A stretch of 64,000 nt of DNA from a virus. How positions within the stretch are numbered: position 1 is the first letter of the stretch; each line of letters starts with the position of its first letter. The DNA lies in the IMG/VR virus record IMGVR_UViG_3300044630_006441, positions 1 to 64,000 of that record; one strand, given 5' to 3'. The notes beneath the pieces were generated by a model. It ran no database searches and was not told the origin of the DNA. It was given only the letters and a program-made list of their open reading frames with translations. This document shows positions 1 through 9,053 of this stretch, in pieces. The position numbers and the translations under genes are program-made.

Positions 1-793
1 TTCTCAGGCCAGTCGCGATAGATTCTGCTGATTCACGAGTGGTTTGACGAACCGAAGTAAAAATACCCAAAAGCTCATTTAAATTGCCGCCAGTCGCAGC
101 AAAAGCACCACCAGCTCGACGCACAACCTCGATCAAGTCGCTTGCTTCGACGGCGAACTCACCAGCCACCGCATTCATTGAGCCAAGAGCAGACTCTAGG
201 TCCTTGCTCTTGATCTTGAACTGGTTCATGACGGCGATAGCGCCTTCCACCGTCTGCTCAATAGAATCAAAGTTTGGGGCCAGCGCTGATCTTGCCAGAG
301 CTTCAAGGGCGTCTTTGGTTTCGCCAATGCTCAAGTTTGCTTGTTTCAATGTCACAGCGGTCTTGATGAGCGATTGACTAGAAACGCCCAGGCTAATAGA
401 AAGCCGAGAAACTTCTTGCCCAATCGCCCCAACTTCGCTACCTGCGCCAGTGGCCACCTGTCGCAAGCGTACCATTTGTTTGTCGAATTCCACAGCTTCG
501 GTAGCGGCATCACGGATGCTAGAAGCTACTTGTATAAATGGAATGGCGGCAATGCTGAAAGCTGTAAATCGCTTAAAGGCGAGACCAGACTGCTGGGCAA
601 ATCGCTCAACGGCAGTGGTGGCGTGCCCGATCTCGTTAACAACGCCACGAATAGCGTTGGTGTCGGCTCGAACCGGTATGTTGATGGCGCCGACGCCCGA
701 AGAGCGTAGTCCGGAGTTGATTTCATTGGCAATTTGGCGAACTGCCCCAGAGGCCAAACGAAGATTTAGCTGTCCAGTGATATCAAATGCCAT
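1..793 (-). CDS. Tail tape measure protein, N-terminal part (runs off the window)
   Basis: Hand translation from ATG 793: MAFDITGQLNLRLASG...EAVEFDKQMVRLRQV...SALGSMNAVAGEFAVEASDLIEVVRRAGG...TRESAESIATGLR. This resembles the TP901-type tape measure core and lies downstream of tail tube/chaperone genes. Confidence 0.85.
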   Translation of the reverse strand, partial: MAFDITGQLNLRLASGAVRQIANEINSGLRSSGVGAINIPVRADTNAIRGVVNEIGHATTAVERFAQQSGLAFKRFTAFSIAAIPFIQVASSIRDAATEAVEFDKQMVRLRQVATGAGSEVGAIGQEVSRLSISLGVSSQSLIKTAVTLKQANLSIGETKDALEALARSALAPNFDSIEQTVEGAIAVMNQFKIKSKDLESALGSMNAVAGEFAVEASDLIEVVRRAGGAFAATGGNLNELLGIFTSVRQTTRESAESIATGLR

Positions 794-804
794 ATTAACC
801 CCGC

Positions 805-855
805 AAAATAAAAGGACGGTGGTCCCTACTCATCGAAGAGCAAAGACCACCGCCC
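805..855 (-). terminator. Hairpin plus U-rich tract just upstream of the tape measure start
   Basis: Stem 814-824 / 845-855, followed by TTTTATTTT on the minus strand. Confidence 0.5.
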
Positions 856-882
856 GCGTAAGCCTGTCCGGTTCAACAGAAA

Positions 883-1707
883 TTACACCGAGGGGACAGC
901 CTCGGGAGCACTAACAATCGGGTTTCCTTCGTCATCCAGGAAGGGTTTTTCGTCGACGACAAAATTGCCTTCTGCGTCGACCAAATTACCTTCGCGATCG
1001 ACAAACTGGCCAGCTTCATTGATGTAGCGACCATTCTCATCGACCAGACGACCGTCGGCATCAACTTTCCGTCCCTGTTTGTCGACAAGGTGCAGGCTTT
1101 CGTCCGCAAACTTGTACTTCACCAGGAACTGGTTCTCAGGAAGCTTCTTCTCGTAGTCGTCTTCCAGGTTGTAGATGATCTTTGCCAGGGCGCTGGCGGC
1201 GGGGCCAACGGCAGGATCATCCTCTTTGGTCATGTATTCTTCGTAGGACTTGAAATACGGTTTGCCGTCGTTGGCATGGACGGTGCAGACCGAAACCCAG
1301 TAATTGAACTGGGCGTTGTCTGCCTGAGCCTCGGCGGAATTGTTGTCCAGGCTCATTCGCTCAGAATTCAGTCCGCGAAGCTCGGCCCGGTCACGGCGAA
1401 GCTGGATAGCCAGATCGCGTGCTTCCGACAGCTTGATACCGCCGGAACGAACCTTGCGCTCCTTCTCGCTGATGGAGGTTTGGAGCTTGCGCAGCTCGGC
1501 CTCCTTCTGATCGTCCCACAGCTTCTGCTCACGCATCACGCTTTCAATCTTGGCCCGGAGAATAGCTCCGGACTCGACTGCTTCACGGAAAGCCCTGTTG
1601 TAGACTTTCTGTGCTTCCTGGCGCTGCTTGGCGTTGGGACGAAGAACAGCCAGTTCTACTTCCTTGCCACCGATCTCAACCTTAACCACCTTCTTGTTGG
1701 CGCTCAC
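883..1707 (-). CDS. Putative tail assembly chaperone-like protein with C-terminal (V/I)DxxG repeats
   Basis: GTG start after GGAGGA, overlapping the upstream stop; coiled-coil middle; lies between tail tube and tape measure. Confidence 0.45.
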   Translation of the reverse strand: MSANKKVVKVEIGGKEVELAVLRPNAKQRQEAQKVYNRAFREAVESGAILRAKIESVMREQKLWDDQKEAELRKLQTSISEKERKVRSGGIKLSEARDLAIQLRRDRAELRGLNSERMSLDNNSAEAQADNAQFNYWVSVCTVHANDGKPYFKSYEEYMTKEDDPAVGPAASALAKIIYNLEDDYEKKLPENQFLVKYKFADESLHLVDKQGRKVDADGRLVDENGRYINEAGQFVDREGNLVDAEGNFVVDEKPFLDDEGNPIVSAPEAVPSV

Positions 1708-2072
1708 GAATCCTCCTCCACGGGTAGGGTCTTCTGACAACGGTTCCAGCTAACCGTATATTGGGCCAGTTCACTTTCGACAGCACGCAGCTGGGCGTTG
1801 CCGTTGTTCAGGATCGAGGAGCGACAGGTTTCCCAGATCTGCTTCCATTTCTCCTTGGCTGCTTCCCGCTGTTCCGGCGTGGCATTGTGGCCCCACAGCT
1901 CGCCGAAACTTTGTTCCACGGCGCTCAAGGCACCAATGAAAGCGGTTCGCATTTTTGTGGCGAGGATTCGTTGCAGGCGAGCGCGAGAATTGCGCTCGTG
2001 ATTCCTGTTCGCCTCCTCCTCCGTCCGACGGGCCGCGTCCGCAGCAGCCTCCATCTGGTTATAAGCATCCAC
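1704..2072 (-). CDS. Hypothetical protein (tail module)
   Basis: 122-aa ORF with AGGAG RBS, coupled to neighbours. Confidence 0.6.
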   Translation of the reverse strand: MDAYNQMEAAADAARRTEEEANRNHERNSRARLQRILATKMRTAFIGALSAVEQSFGELWGHNATPEQREAAKEKWKQIWETCRSSILNNGNAQLRAVESELAQYTVSWNRCQKTLPVEEDS

Positions 2073-2083
2073 AGGGGTCCTCC

Positions 2084-3127
2084 TTACTTGCCTGGCATAG
2101 TCCTCTGAGCCATCATCATGATCTCCCGCTTGGAGTCGGGCATGTGCTGCTCTTCGACCTCGCCTTTTTTGGCGATGTGTGCCAGTCTCTCTCTTTTAAT
2201 CGCGGCAGCCTGGGGGCTGTTCAGGGATTCGATATTTTGCAGGTCTTCGTCGGTCTCTGCGACGAGGAAGATCTCGCCAGAATCCGGCAATTTCAAGCCG
2301 GAAAGAACGGCCTCTGCTGTTGCCTCTTTCCGTTGGCGCTCGCGTTCTTTGCGCTGGATGATCAGCCATCCGTCGAAAGCGTCATCGTCTTTGATGATGT
2401 CGTCATGGGGCGGGTTGGGATGCTCCGCCACATTGTCGTAAAGCTGCGACCATGAAAGCAGGCCCCTCTGCTCCTCGGTCAAGTCAACGGCGCTTTTGCC
2501 GAAAATATCCACGCAGTTGTCTTTGCAGTTCCAGACCGAACGCCAGTAGTCGGAGCGCGCAGCAGCCCGCATGAGCGATTCGGATAGTTGGGCTTCTGAG
2601 TAGGCCGTCACAGCATCGTCGAGCAAAGAATCGTTGCCTTTGTAAAAGTCGTCGTTCTTCCAGACGTGCTTGCCTTTGTCGTCCAAAAGACCGCTCCCGA
2701 CCAAGTAGCGGGTGCGAGCAATTTGCGCGAAACCGCTGGCCCCCATCGAAGAATAAACATTCTTCTGGGAGTACAGAGAAGCCAGTTCAATCCTGGCTGT
2801 TTGAAGTGCTTTGCGGGAAAAATCCCGCTCTCTAGATTTGAAAAAGGCCCTGAACAAAGAGACCTTCAGTTTTTCGATGTCTTTGTTGAGCGTCTCTATT
2901 TGTTTTTGGCGCTCGTCGTCCCAAAGCCCATTGGTACGGAGCATCAATTCAATTTCTTCGTCGCTGTACAAATCTTCAGACAATGCCTCTTGAAAAGCCT
3001 CCTGGTAAACCTGCTGGGCTTTGTAGCGACGCAAACGACCGGGTTGGCGGATCAGATACCGCTTGCCGTCGACGGAGAAGCGCAGACAGCCCGCAATAAT
3101 ACGGGCGATCAGAAGCTCGAAATCCAA
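2084..3127 (-). CDS. Hypothetical protein, possible tail assembly chaperone
   Basis: Long ORF directly after the tail tube gene; TTG start chosen from a GGAGG RBS. Confidence 0.5.
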   Translation of the reverse strand: MDFELLIARIIAGCLRFSVDGKRYLIRQPGRLRRYKAQQVYQEAFQEALSEDLYSDEEIELMLRTNGLWDDERQKQIETLNKDIEKLKVSLFRAFFKSRERDFSRKALQTARIELASLYSQKNVYSSMGASGFAQIARTRYLVGSGLLDDKGKHVWKNDDFYKGNDSLLDDAVTAYSEAQLSESLMRAAARSDYWRSVWNCKDNCVDIFGKSAVDLTEEQRGLLSWSQLYDNVAEHPNPPHDDIIKDDDAFDGWLIIQRKERERQRKEATAEAVLSGLKLPDSGEIFLVAETDEDLQNIESLNSPQAAAIKRERLAHIAKKGEVEEQHMPDSKREIMMMAQRTMPGK

Positions 3128-3145
3128 AGCATCCTCCAAATAGAA

Positions 3146-3169
3146 GAGGGGGCCTTGCGGCCCCCCCTC
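3146..3169 (-). terminator. Intrinsic terminator-like hairpin after tail tube gene
   Basis: G-rich/C-rich stem with GCAA loop followed by TTCTATTT. Confidence 0.6.
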
Positions 3170-3196
3170 CGTCATCCTCTACTAACCGATCAAGGC

Positions 3197-4183
3197 TTAG
3201 ACCTTGTTCACGGTCAGGTCGTTGAAGGTACGGAAGCTGTAGGTCACCGTGCGGTTTGCGCCGTCGGTTCCGCCGCCGTTGTAGTTGGCGGATTGCAGCT
3301 TGCACTTGTCGCCGAGGTCGATGTCGGTGCCGTCCGCAAAGAAGATGTGGATGGACTCATCGTTCAGCTGGTCGGCGTTGCCGTCGTTGGCCTGGGCGAA
3401 GTCGCCGGACTGGGTCAGGACCTCAAATTCCGCGGTCACTTCCACGGGGAACTTGACGTAGCGGAAGAAGGGACCCTTGCGACCGAGTTCCATCAGCTGC
3501 TCGCGACCCAGGTTGCAGTTGATGCTGACAGACTGGATGTGGGCGCTGTAGCCGCTGCCGGGGATGTCGGTCAGCTTGCCGGTGCCGCTGTCCACGCCAG
3601 GGATCACCTTGGGGAAGATGCAGTCGTCCATCAGAACATGCTGACGGCGAACGATGCCGGAAGCGGCGGTGGGGGACTCGGAAGCGGGAGCGTTGGGGGT
3701 CCAGTAGCTGCCGCCGGAAGCCCAGATCTTGTTGTTGCCGACCACAGTCATCGACTCGGTGGCGTTGCCGTCCATGGCGCTCTTGAAGCTGATGGCCGAG
3801 GCGTAAGCGCCGGACACCAAGCACTGGGCGACAGGGGTACCGCTTGCGGAAACGGCGGTGTCAGCGTGAACCGACAGCACCAGGTTGCAGCGGGAGTTGG
3901 CGCGACCGATCAGGGTGTTGTTGACGCGGCCAGAGGTGGCCAGGTCGAACATGAGGGGGGTGCCGTCCAGAACGCGCTCGAGCTGGACTTCGATTTCCGG
4001 CACGCCTTCGATGTTCTGGTACAAGCTGAGCATACCCAGTTCGTAGGCGGCTTCCAGGTTGTAGTTGGTGGTGATGGTTGCGCTCTGGAGGCCACGAACG
4101 CGGGTGTAGGTACCAGCGTTAGCGCCACTGTGTGGGCCGATTCCAACAGCAGTGATGGCGTAGAATACACGATTGTTTGCCAC
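3197..4183 (-). CDS. Major tail (tube) protein
   Basis: 328 aa, beta-rich, with two similar halves (GLQSATITTNYNLEAAYELG / HIQSVSINCNLGREQLMELG); strong codon bias, own upstream motif and downstream terminator; gene order. Confidence 0.7.
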   Translation of the reverse strand: MANNRVFYAITAVGIGPHSGANAGTYTRVRGLQSATITTNYNLEAAYELGMLSLYQNIEGVPEIEVQLERVLDGTPLMFDLATSGRVNNTLIGRANSRCNLVLSVHADTAVSASGTPVAQCLVSGAYASAISFKSAMDGNATESMTVVGNNKIWASGGSYWTPNAPASESPTAASGIVRRQHVLMDDCIFPKVIPGVDSGTGKLTDIPGSGYSAHIQSVSINCNLGREQLMELGRKGPFFRYVKFPVEVTAEFEVLTQSGDFAQANDGNADQLNDESIHIFFADGTDIDLGDKCKLQSANYNGGGTDGANRTVTYSFRTFNDLTVNKV

Positions 4184-4263
4184 GATGTTCTCCTTGATTC
4201 GGGAATTGGCCCAATGGGCTTACCGCAAACAAGTACACCGGCCAGGTATAAGTTGGAGCAATC

Positions 4264-5241
4264 TCAGGGTAGATCCACGGAGATGGTCGCCCTCACCGCA
4301 GCCCGGAAAAGAGGGGGCTTGGACGGCACTTCCATGGACCTGATTTCCTCAAAGGTCATTTTGCGCCAGCGGTAGGTGGAGTTGGTGTCGACCATTTGCT
4401 GGTAGTTGTAGCCGGACGGGTTGATTTGGCCGTCGTAAGTGAGGGGGAAACGACCGTCGGTAGCCAGCCTCTTCTTGTCGGCGCCCTCAATCCTGCGCTG
4501 CCATTGGTTGACCACGATGTCGTGCAACTGTTTCCGGTCGAATTTGGTCTCGGCCAGTATATGGAAAACGACATCTTGGCTATGAACTCTCGACAAATTA
4601 CCCATTTGCAAGCCTTCCATGTCGACCCGGGGTGCGGCCCCGATGACAATGGCTGGAAGCTGGACTCGGTTGGCAGACAGGACATCCCACGCCCCGGAGC
4701 CGTTGGGTGACTGGAATTGTGGGTCGGCTGGGTTGAAGCTGTCAAACTGTACAGCCTTGAACCATTGGGCCTCGTCCATATCTAGACGGACATTCTTAAA
4801 AGAGAATTGGCAGGCGATTCTGGTGCCGGTGGGGACCGGAGTGTTGAAGATCACCCTCCCCTCGGGATAGTTGATTTTGTATCCGGACACTCCAACATTA
4901 GTGTTCGGCCTGAAGGTCCCGCCCACATAGATGCCGCTGATGGGTATCGGCTGGCGGCTGTAATCAACGCCGGATTCGTACACCCAGTTGGAGCGGAAGC
5001 CTTCCCAGACTGTCCCGGCCGTATAGCGCGGGTCGCGTGCTGGCCTCAGGACATATGGCTCGGCCCCATGCGAGCCGACGCCGGAAGGATAAATTCCGGA
5101 CGGAAAGGTGACATTGGTGAAAGCGCCAACGCCCAAAAGGCCCCAGTCGAGGAATTGGTAGCACGACCACTCCAGGAGATCGCTGACGAGGGGATCGCCA
5201 TAGTTGGTGACGCCGGAAAGGCGGGTGGTGTCGCTCATCAC
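4264..5241 (-). CDS. Virion structural protein, probable tail terminator/neck
   Basis: Immediately upstream of tail tube; C-terminal LPAIVI...DVVFHILAE resembles tail-terminator proteins. Confidence 0.45.
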   Translation of the reverse strand: MMSDTTRLSGVTNYGDPLVSDLLEWSCYQFLDWGLLGVGAFTNVTFPSGIYPSGVGSHGAEPYVLRPARDPRYTAGTVWEGFRSNWVYESGVDYSRQPIPISGIYVGGTFRPNTNVGVSGYKINYPEGRVIFNTPVPTGTRIACQFSFKNVRLDMDEAQWFKAVQFDSFNPADPQFQSPNGSGAWDVLSANRVQLPAIVIGAAPRVDMEGLQMGNLSRVHSQDVVFHILAETKFDRKQLHDIVVNQWQRRIEGADKKRLATDGRFPLTYDGQINPSGYNYQQMVDTNSTYRWRKMTFEEIRSMEVPSKPPLFRAAVRATISVDLP

Positions 5242-5873
5242 ATCACTTCCTTAAGGGTCTTTTCGACAATGGCTTTGATTCTGGGGAGGGCATTGTTGGC
5301 CGCTCGGGTGATCCAGTTGTTTTCGGGTTCACCGGCAAACTGGCTGGGTACACGGAAGCTACCACTCTTGATCATGATGGCCTGGCCTGTACGACCGGCA
5401 TCGCCATAAGCCACTTCGTAATCGGCGATTACAATCGCATTCCCGCTAAATAGTAACCAGTAGAGCCAATTGACCAGATGACCCTTCTCGCTGGTAAACG
5501 AGGCAAAGTCCATCGTGACTAGCTCAAACAAAAGATAAGAGGGTAAAATGACGACTTCCAAACCGCCAAAGTCAGTAACCTCACCCTGGCTGGAACGAAC
5601 TGCTTTGGGGCGGATCACAAAGCCACGAACGACTTCGTTGACAATGGCAGTACGATTAGCGTCTGGGTCCACTAAACCAAAATCGGGCACCAACTCATTG
5701 CTGATGCCCCGATACTCACGGCTATTTTCAAGTGATTTCTTTAATGTCTTCTTGCAGGGTCCAGTAGCCTGGTCGATCGCTTTACGAAGACGATAACGAA
5801 CAACCCGAGCACTAGCTTCAATCAGGCGCTTCCCAAACTCTGCGGGATTGATCTGAATCTCAAACCCGATCAC
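5238..5873 (-). CDS. Putative neck/tail-completion protein
   Basis: Gene order; translational coupling. Confidence 0.4.
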   Translation of the reverse strand: MIGFEIQINPAEFGKRLIEASARVVRYRLRKAIDQATGPCKKTLKKSLENSREYRGISNELVPDFGLVDPDANRTAIVNEVVRGFVIRPKAVRSSQGEVTDFGGLEVVILPSYLLFELVTMDFASFTSEKGHLVNWLYWLLFSGNAIVIADYEVAYGDAGRTGQAIMIKSGSFRVPSQFAGEPENNWITRAANNALPRIKAIVEKTLKEVM

Positions 5874-6391
5874 GCCCCGATCCTCGTCCAGGTGGCAGTC
5901 CAGAACTTACCCTGGGCGATATTGTTGGTATCGACTGGTTCGCCGTACATTTCGTAGGTCAGGCGAAGGGCGTTGGAAAGATCACTTTGGACGATGATTT
6001 TGCGGGTCTGAAGAACATCTGCCAGGTCAGCCATCATTCCTTTAGTTGTGATAACTCCATCTGGCACTTGATATCTTGCTGGCATATTCTGCAAGAACTT
6101 TGCCGGGACGGTGCTGACCAGCAGTTTGATACTTCTCGTGATCTCTCTGGAGTGCAACCCTTGTCCGTTGCAGGAGGGGCAGACTGATCCGTTCGGGAAG
6201 GGGAGGGGGCCACCCGTGCGCCAATGGTTGGACGATTTCTGTCCGATCTCGTCGTACAGACAATTGGCGCACGGTTCCCACGTTGGGGGATAAACCAGGA
6301 GACAGGTCTTCCCCAACTGATCGATGAGATCCGTGATAGCTTGTTCGGCCACCGTGCGGATCTCCTGGTCGATCGAAAAGAGGTAAGCCAT
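5870..6391 (-). CDS. Putative head-closure protein with CxxC motifs
   Basis: Gene order; CANC and CPSC motifs. Confidence 0.45.
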   Translation of the reverse strand: MAYLFSIDQEIRTVAEQAITDLIDQLGKTCLLVYPPTWEPCANCLYDEIGQKSSNHWRTGGPLPFPNGSVCPSCNGQGLHSREITRSIKLLVSTVPAKFLQNMPARYQVPDGVITTKGMMADLADVLQTRKIIVQSDLSNALRLTYEMYGEPVDTNNIAQGKFWTATWTRIGA

Positions 6392-6918
6392 TACTCTACC
6401 CGGTGTCCGATGAGGTTGACGTCGCCGGTCACACCAGAGCCACCAGCCGACAGCGTGATGATGGCGGCGGTGTTGGGGGAGCAGATCTTGGGCGGATAGA
6501 AGTTGACCGACTCAAAGCCTGCGTCGGTGACGGGGGCCTTGTAGACCACATTCCCTGCGCCGTCCTCGATCTTGATGGTGCAACCCGAGGCGGGGGTGGC
6601 GTTATAGCCGAAGGACAGGCCGGTGATGAGGTGGTTGCGGCCCGGGCCAGCGGCGGGGAGGGTGATGACTGCGGCGGCATTGAGGCCGGTGGCGTAATCG
6701 CCCGAGGAGACGGGCAGGCTGTCCGGCTTGCCATCGTGCCAGGTCAGGTAACGCTGGTCGAGGGACACGCCCACCTTGCCGGTGTTGACGTTGCCGACCA
6801 AGTTGGCGCGACGGTCAAGGGTGGTGATCAGGCCGGACGGGTTGCTCTGGGGGACGGCGCAAATGACTGCGGAGCCGTCCTTGATCGGATTGCCTCCGGG
6901 CTGGTATGCAATTGCCAT
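6391..6918 (-). CDS. Hypothetical structural protein
   Basis: 175 aa, G/S/T-rich, coupled ORF. Confidence 0.5.
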   Translation of the reverse strand: MAIAYQPGGNPIKDGSAVICAVPQSNPSGLITTLDRRANLVGNVNTGKVGVSLDQRYLTWHDGKPDSLPVSSGDYATGLNAAAVITLPAAGPGRNHLITGLSFGYNATPASGCTIKIEDGAGNVVYKAPVTDAGFESVNFYPPKICSPNTAAIITLSAGGSGVTGDVNLIGHRVE

Positions 6919-6919
6919 G

Positions 6920-7129
6920 TTAGGACTTCTCCTTAATTCTCATTGGCCAGAAAAGGTGCCCAAGAACAACGCCGACGAGCAAAGGCACCACAGGCTCGCG
7001 CTGCGACAAATCGAGAATGACCGTGCTGAAGGTGTAGTCGCTGCCCCACGCCAAGATGGCGAAGAGGTCGTAGCAGGCAATGATCAGGACGATCAAGCCG
7101 ATCATGATGTAGGTGGGGGTACCCTTCAT
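6920..7129 (-). CDS. Small two-TM membrane protein (holin-like)
   Basis: 69 aa, two hydrophobic stretches, basic C-terminus. Confidence 0.45.
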   Translation of the reverse strand: MKGTPTYIMIGLIVLIIACYDLFAILAWGSDYTFSTVILDLSQREPVVPLLVGVVLGHLFWPMRIKEKS

Positions 7130-7140
7130 GCCGACCTCCG

Positions 7141-7680
7141 TTACCTGATGAATGTTTGGCGACCTTCTGGCACCGGATAGTAGTTCTGGTCGCCATAGCC
7201 AGCGAAGATCCGGAAGGGGCTGAGGATGGCTGCCCCGGCCACGACGCCCGCACGACCGGCTTTGTATTCCAGCTTGGCGTCTTCGTAGGCCTTGCAGTAG
7301 CCTTCCTTGAGCAGGGCGATCCGCCCCTGGAGCGGTCCCCTCAGGTCGATGGCTGAGGAGCCGTCACGAATCGAGATGCCCTGTCGTACCGCGTTACGGG
7401 CCTCGCCGCGCTCGGTGATGCAAGCAGCTTTGAGACAGACAAGATTGATGAAGTTGTCATCCCTTGTGGGGCTGGCCTCGTCACGATCGGTAGGGTCGGG
7501 GGTGATGCTGAGAGACTGTACATCGGCTTCGTAAACGAGCGGGAAGTTCAGTTCAGACAGCACAAGCTGGGCAGCGGCACAGATGGTCTGGTACACGCGC
7601 TGGTCCGAGAACTGGTACGGGACCGCAAAATCGTTCAGCAGGACCCGCAGTAGGGTTCCCATTTCTGTTTGCCATGCCAT
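7141..7680 (-). CDS. Putative head-tail adaptor
   Basis: Helical 179-aa ORF (LRVLLND...FSDQR) at the head of the neck cluster. Confidence 0.5.
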   Translation of the reverse strand: MAWQTEMGTLLRVLLNDFAVPYQFSDQRVYQTICAAAQLVLSELNFPLVYEADVQSLSITPDPTDRDEASPTRDDNFINLVCLKAACITERGEARNAVRQGISIRDGSSAIDLRGPLQGRIALLKEGYCKAYEDAKLEYKAGRAGVVAGAAILSPFRIFAGYGDQNYYPVPEGRQTFIR

Positions 7681-7712
7681 CAGCGCACCTCCTACTGGAG
7701 ATACACCGCAGG

Positions 7713-8018
7713 CTATTCGACCAGATAGACTGAAATGTGGCCGACAGCCGGGGTCAGGACATGCCCGTTGGACAGGGTGGTGCGGATTTCAAAGGGATGG
7801 AAGCCGTTGCCCAGGTAGTACATGGTGGCCCGGGCGATCATGACTTGCAGTTTGCCGTCGACGTAGGAAAGGGGCTTGTAGAAGTCGTGGCGAAATAAAA
7901 TGATAGCACTTGATGGCTGGGGAGAGTCAACCGTGAAGACCAGCGGGTCGGTGTACCTGTCGACTTTCAGGTCGAAGTCGAGATGGGGGACGGCAAAATC
8001 GGGAAGCTGGATCAGCAT
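7713..8018 (-). CDS. Hypothetical protein
   Basis: C-terminus (PFEIRTTLSNGHVLT) resembles that of the upstream gene (PFEINTRLANDHLLT). Confidence 0.55.
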   Translation of the reverse strand: MLIQLPDFAVPHLDFDLKVDRYTDPLVFTVDSPQPSSAIILFRHDFYKPLSYVDGKLQVMIARATMYYLGNGFHPFEIRTTLSNGHVLTPAVGHISVYLVE

Positions 8019-8656
8019 CAGTTGAAGGGGGCCACGACGCTGAAGATGCCCTTGAGCAGGGTCAACAGGTGATCATTGGCCAGCCGGGTGTTGATCTCAA
8101 AGGGCCAGCGCCCACTCCCCATCTGGGCCAGTTCAGCACTGGACAGTTCCAAACGGACGGTATTGTCCGGCAGGACGGGGAGGACCTTGGTGAATCCGGG
8201 CTTCTTGGATTTGACCGTCAGGCGAACGACAGCCTCCCCAAGGGGTGGCCAGGCCTCGCTGGTGACATCGATCGACCGCCCCTCGCTGGCAAAGTAGTCG
8301 TCGGTCTGACGGAACACGACTGGCGTTCCTTCGTCGGCGACCACCGGAATGCTGAAGGTGGGGACCTTGATGGCGGAGGTCAGGCGCGAGGAGATGGGGG
8401 CGTCCACATATTCCAGCAACTCTGGGTTGATGGTCATGAACGCCATTAAGTTGTTGCCAGAAAAGAACTTAACGCCACCCCGAAAGCTGGCCGGGAACTG
8501 GTCGTAAGTCCACATGTAGTTGCCCTGGCCAATCTCCACGAATCCGCCAGAGATCAGGCTCCCGACCGGCGTGCCGCTGGGGCTGACAAGTTGAGCGGTA
8601 AGGCTCTGGCCCGTCTTGGATACCCCAAGGACAACGCCGATCGTTGCCTTGTACAT
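8018..8656 (-). CDS. Hypothetical structural protein
   Basis: 212-aa coupled ORF. Confidence 0.55.
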   Translation of the reverse strand: MYKATIGVVLGVSKTGQSLTAQLVSPSGTPVGSLISGGFVEIGQGNYMWTYDQFPASFRGGVKFFSGNNLMAFMTINPELLEYVDAPISSRLTSAIKVPTFSIPVVADEGTPVVFRQTDDYFASEGRSIDVTSEAWPPLGEAVVRLTVKSKKPGFTKVLPVLPDNTVRLELSSAELAQMGSGRWPFEINTRLANDHLLTLLKGIFSVVAPFN

Positions 8657-9006
8657 CAGATAACGCCTTTGGCCTTGGCGATCTTGTCGAGAGCAGCCAC
8701 GACCAGACCGAAAGCCTGGGCGACATCGGCGTCTTCGGCGGCGAGTTCGTACAGGTTGGGGACGAACAGGTTGGTCTTGATGCTGGAGTTGACTTCAACC
8801 TTCTCAACCGAGGTGGTCTCGTTGGTTTCCGGATTGGTCACCGTCTCGTTGTAGACGCGACTTTTCACGAAAATCACATGCAGTTGGACGGGGGAGGTCA
8901 CCCCATCACCAACCGTGCTGAACTGCTCAATCCGCCACTTGTCGAACACCTTCTCGGCGATCGGGGGGACAACGCTGGGTTCGGTAGCTTCAATCCACTG
9001 TGCCAT
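8656..9006 (-). CDS. Hypothetical protein (possible fibre assembly factor)
   Basis: 116-aa ORF with AGGAG RBS after the fibre cluster. Confidence 0.5.
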   Translation of the reverse strand: MAQWIEATEPSVVPPIAEKVFDKWRIEQFSTVGDGVTSPVQLHVIFVKSRVYNETVTNPETNETTSVEKVEVNSSIKTNLFVPNLYELAAEDADVAQAFGLVVAALDKIAKAKGVI

Positions 9007-9053
9007 ATCAAAAACTCCTAAAAAGGAAAGGTCACCATATAATACACTTCAAA

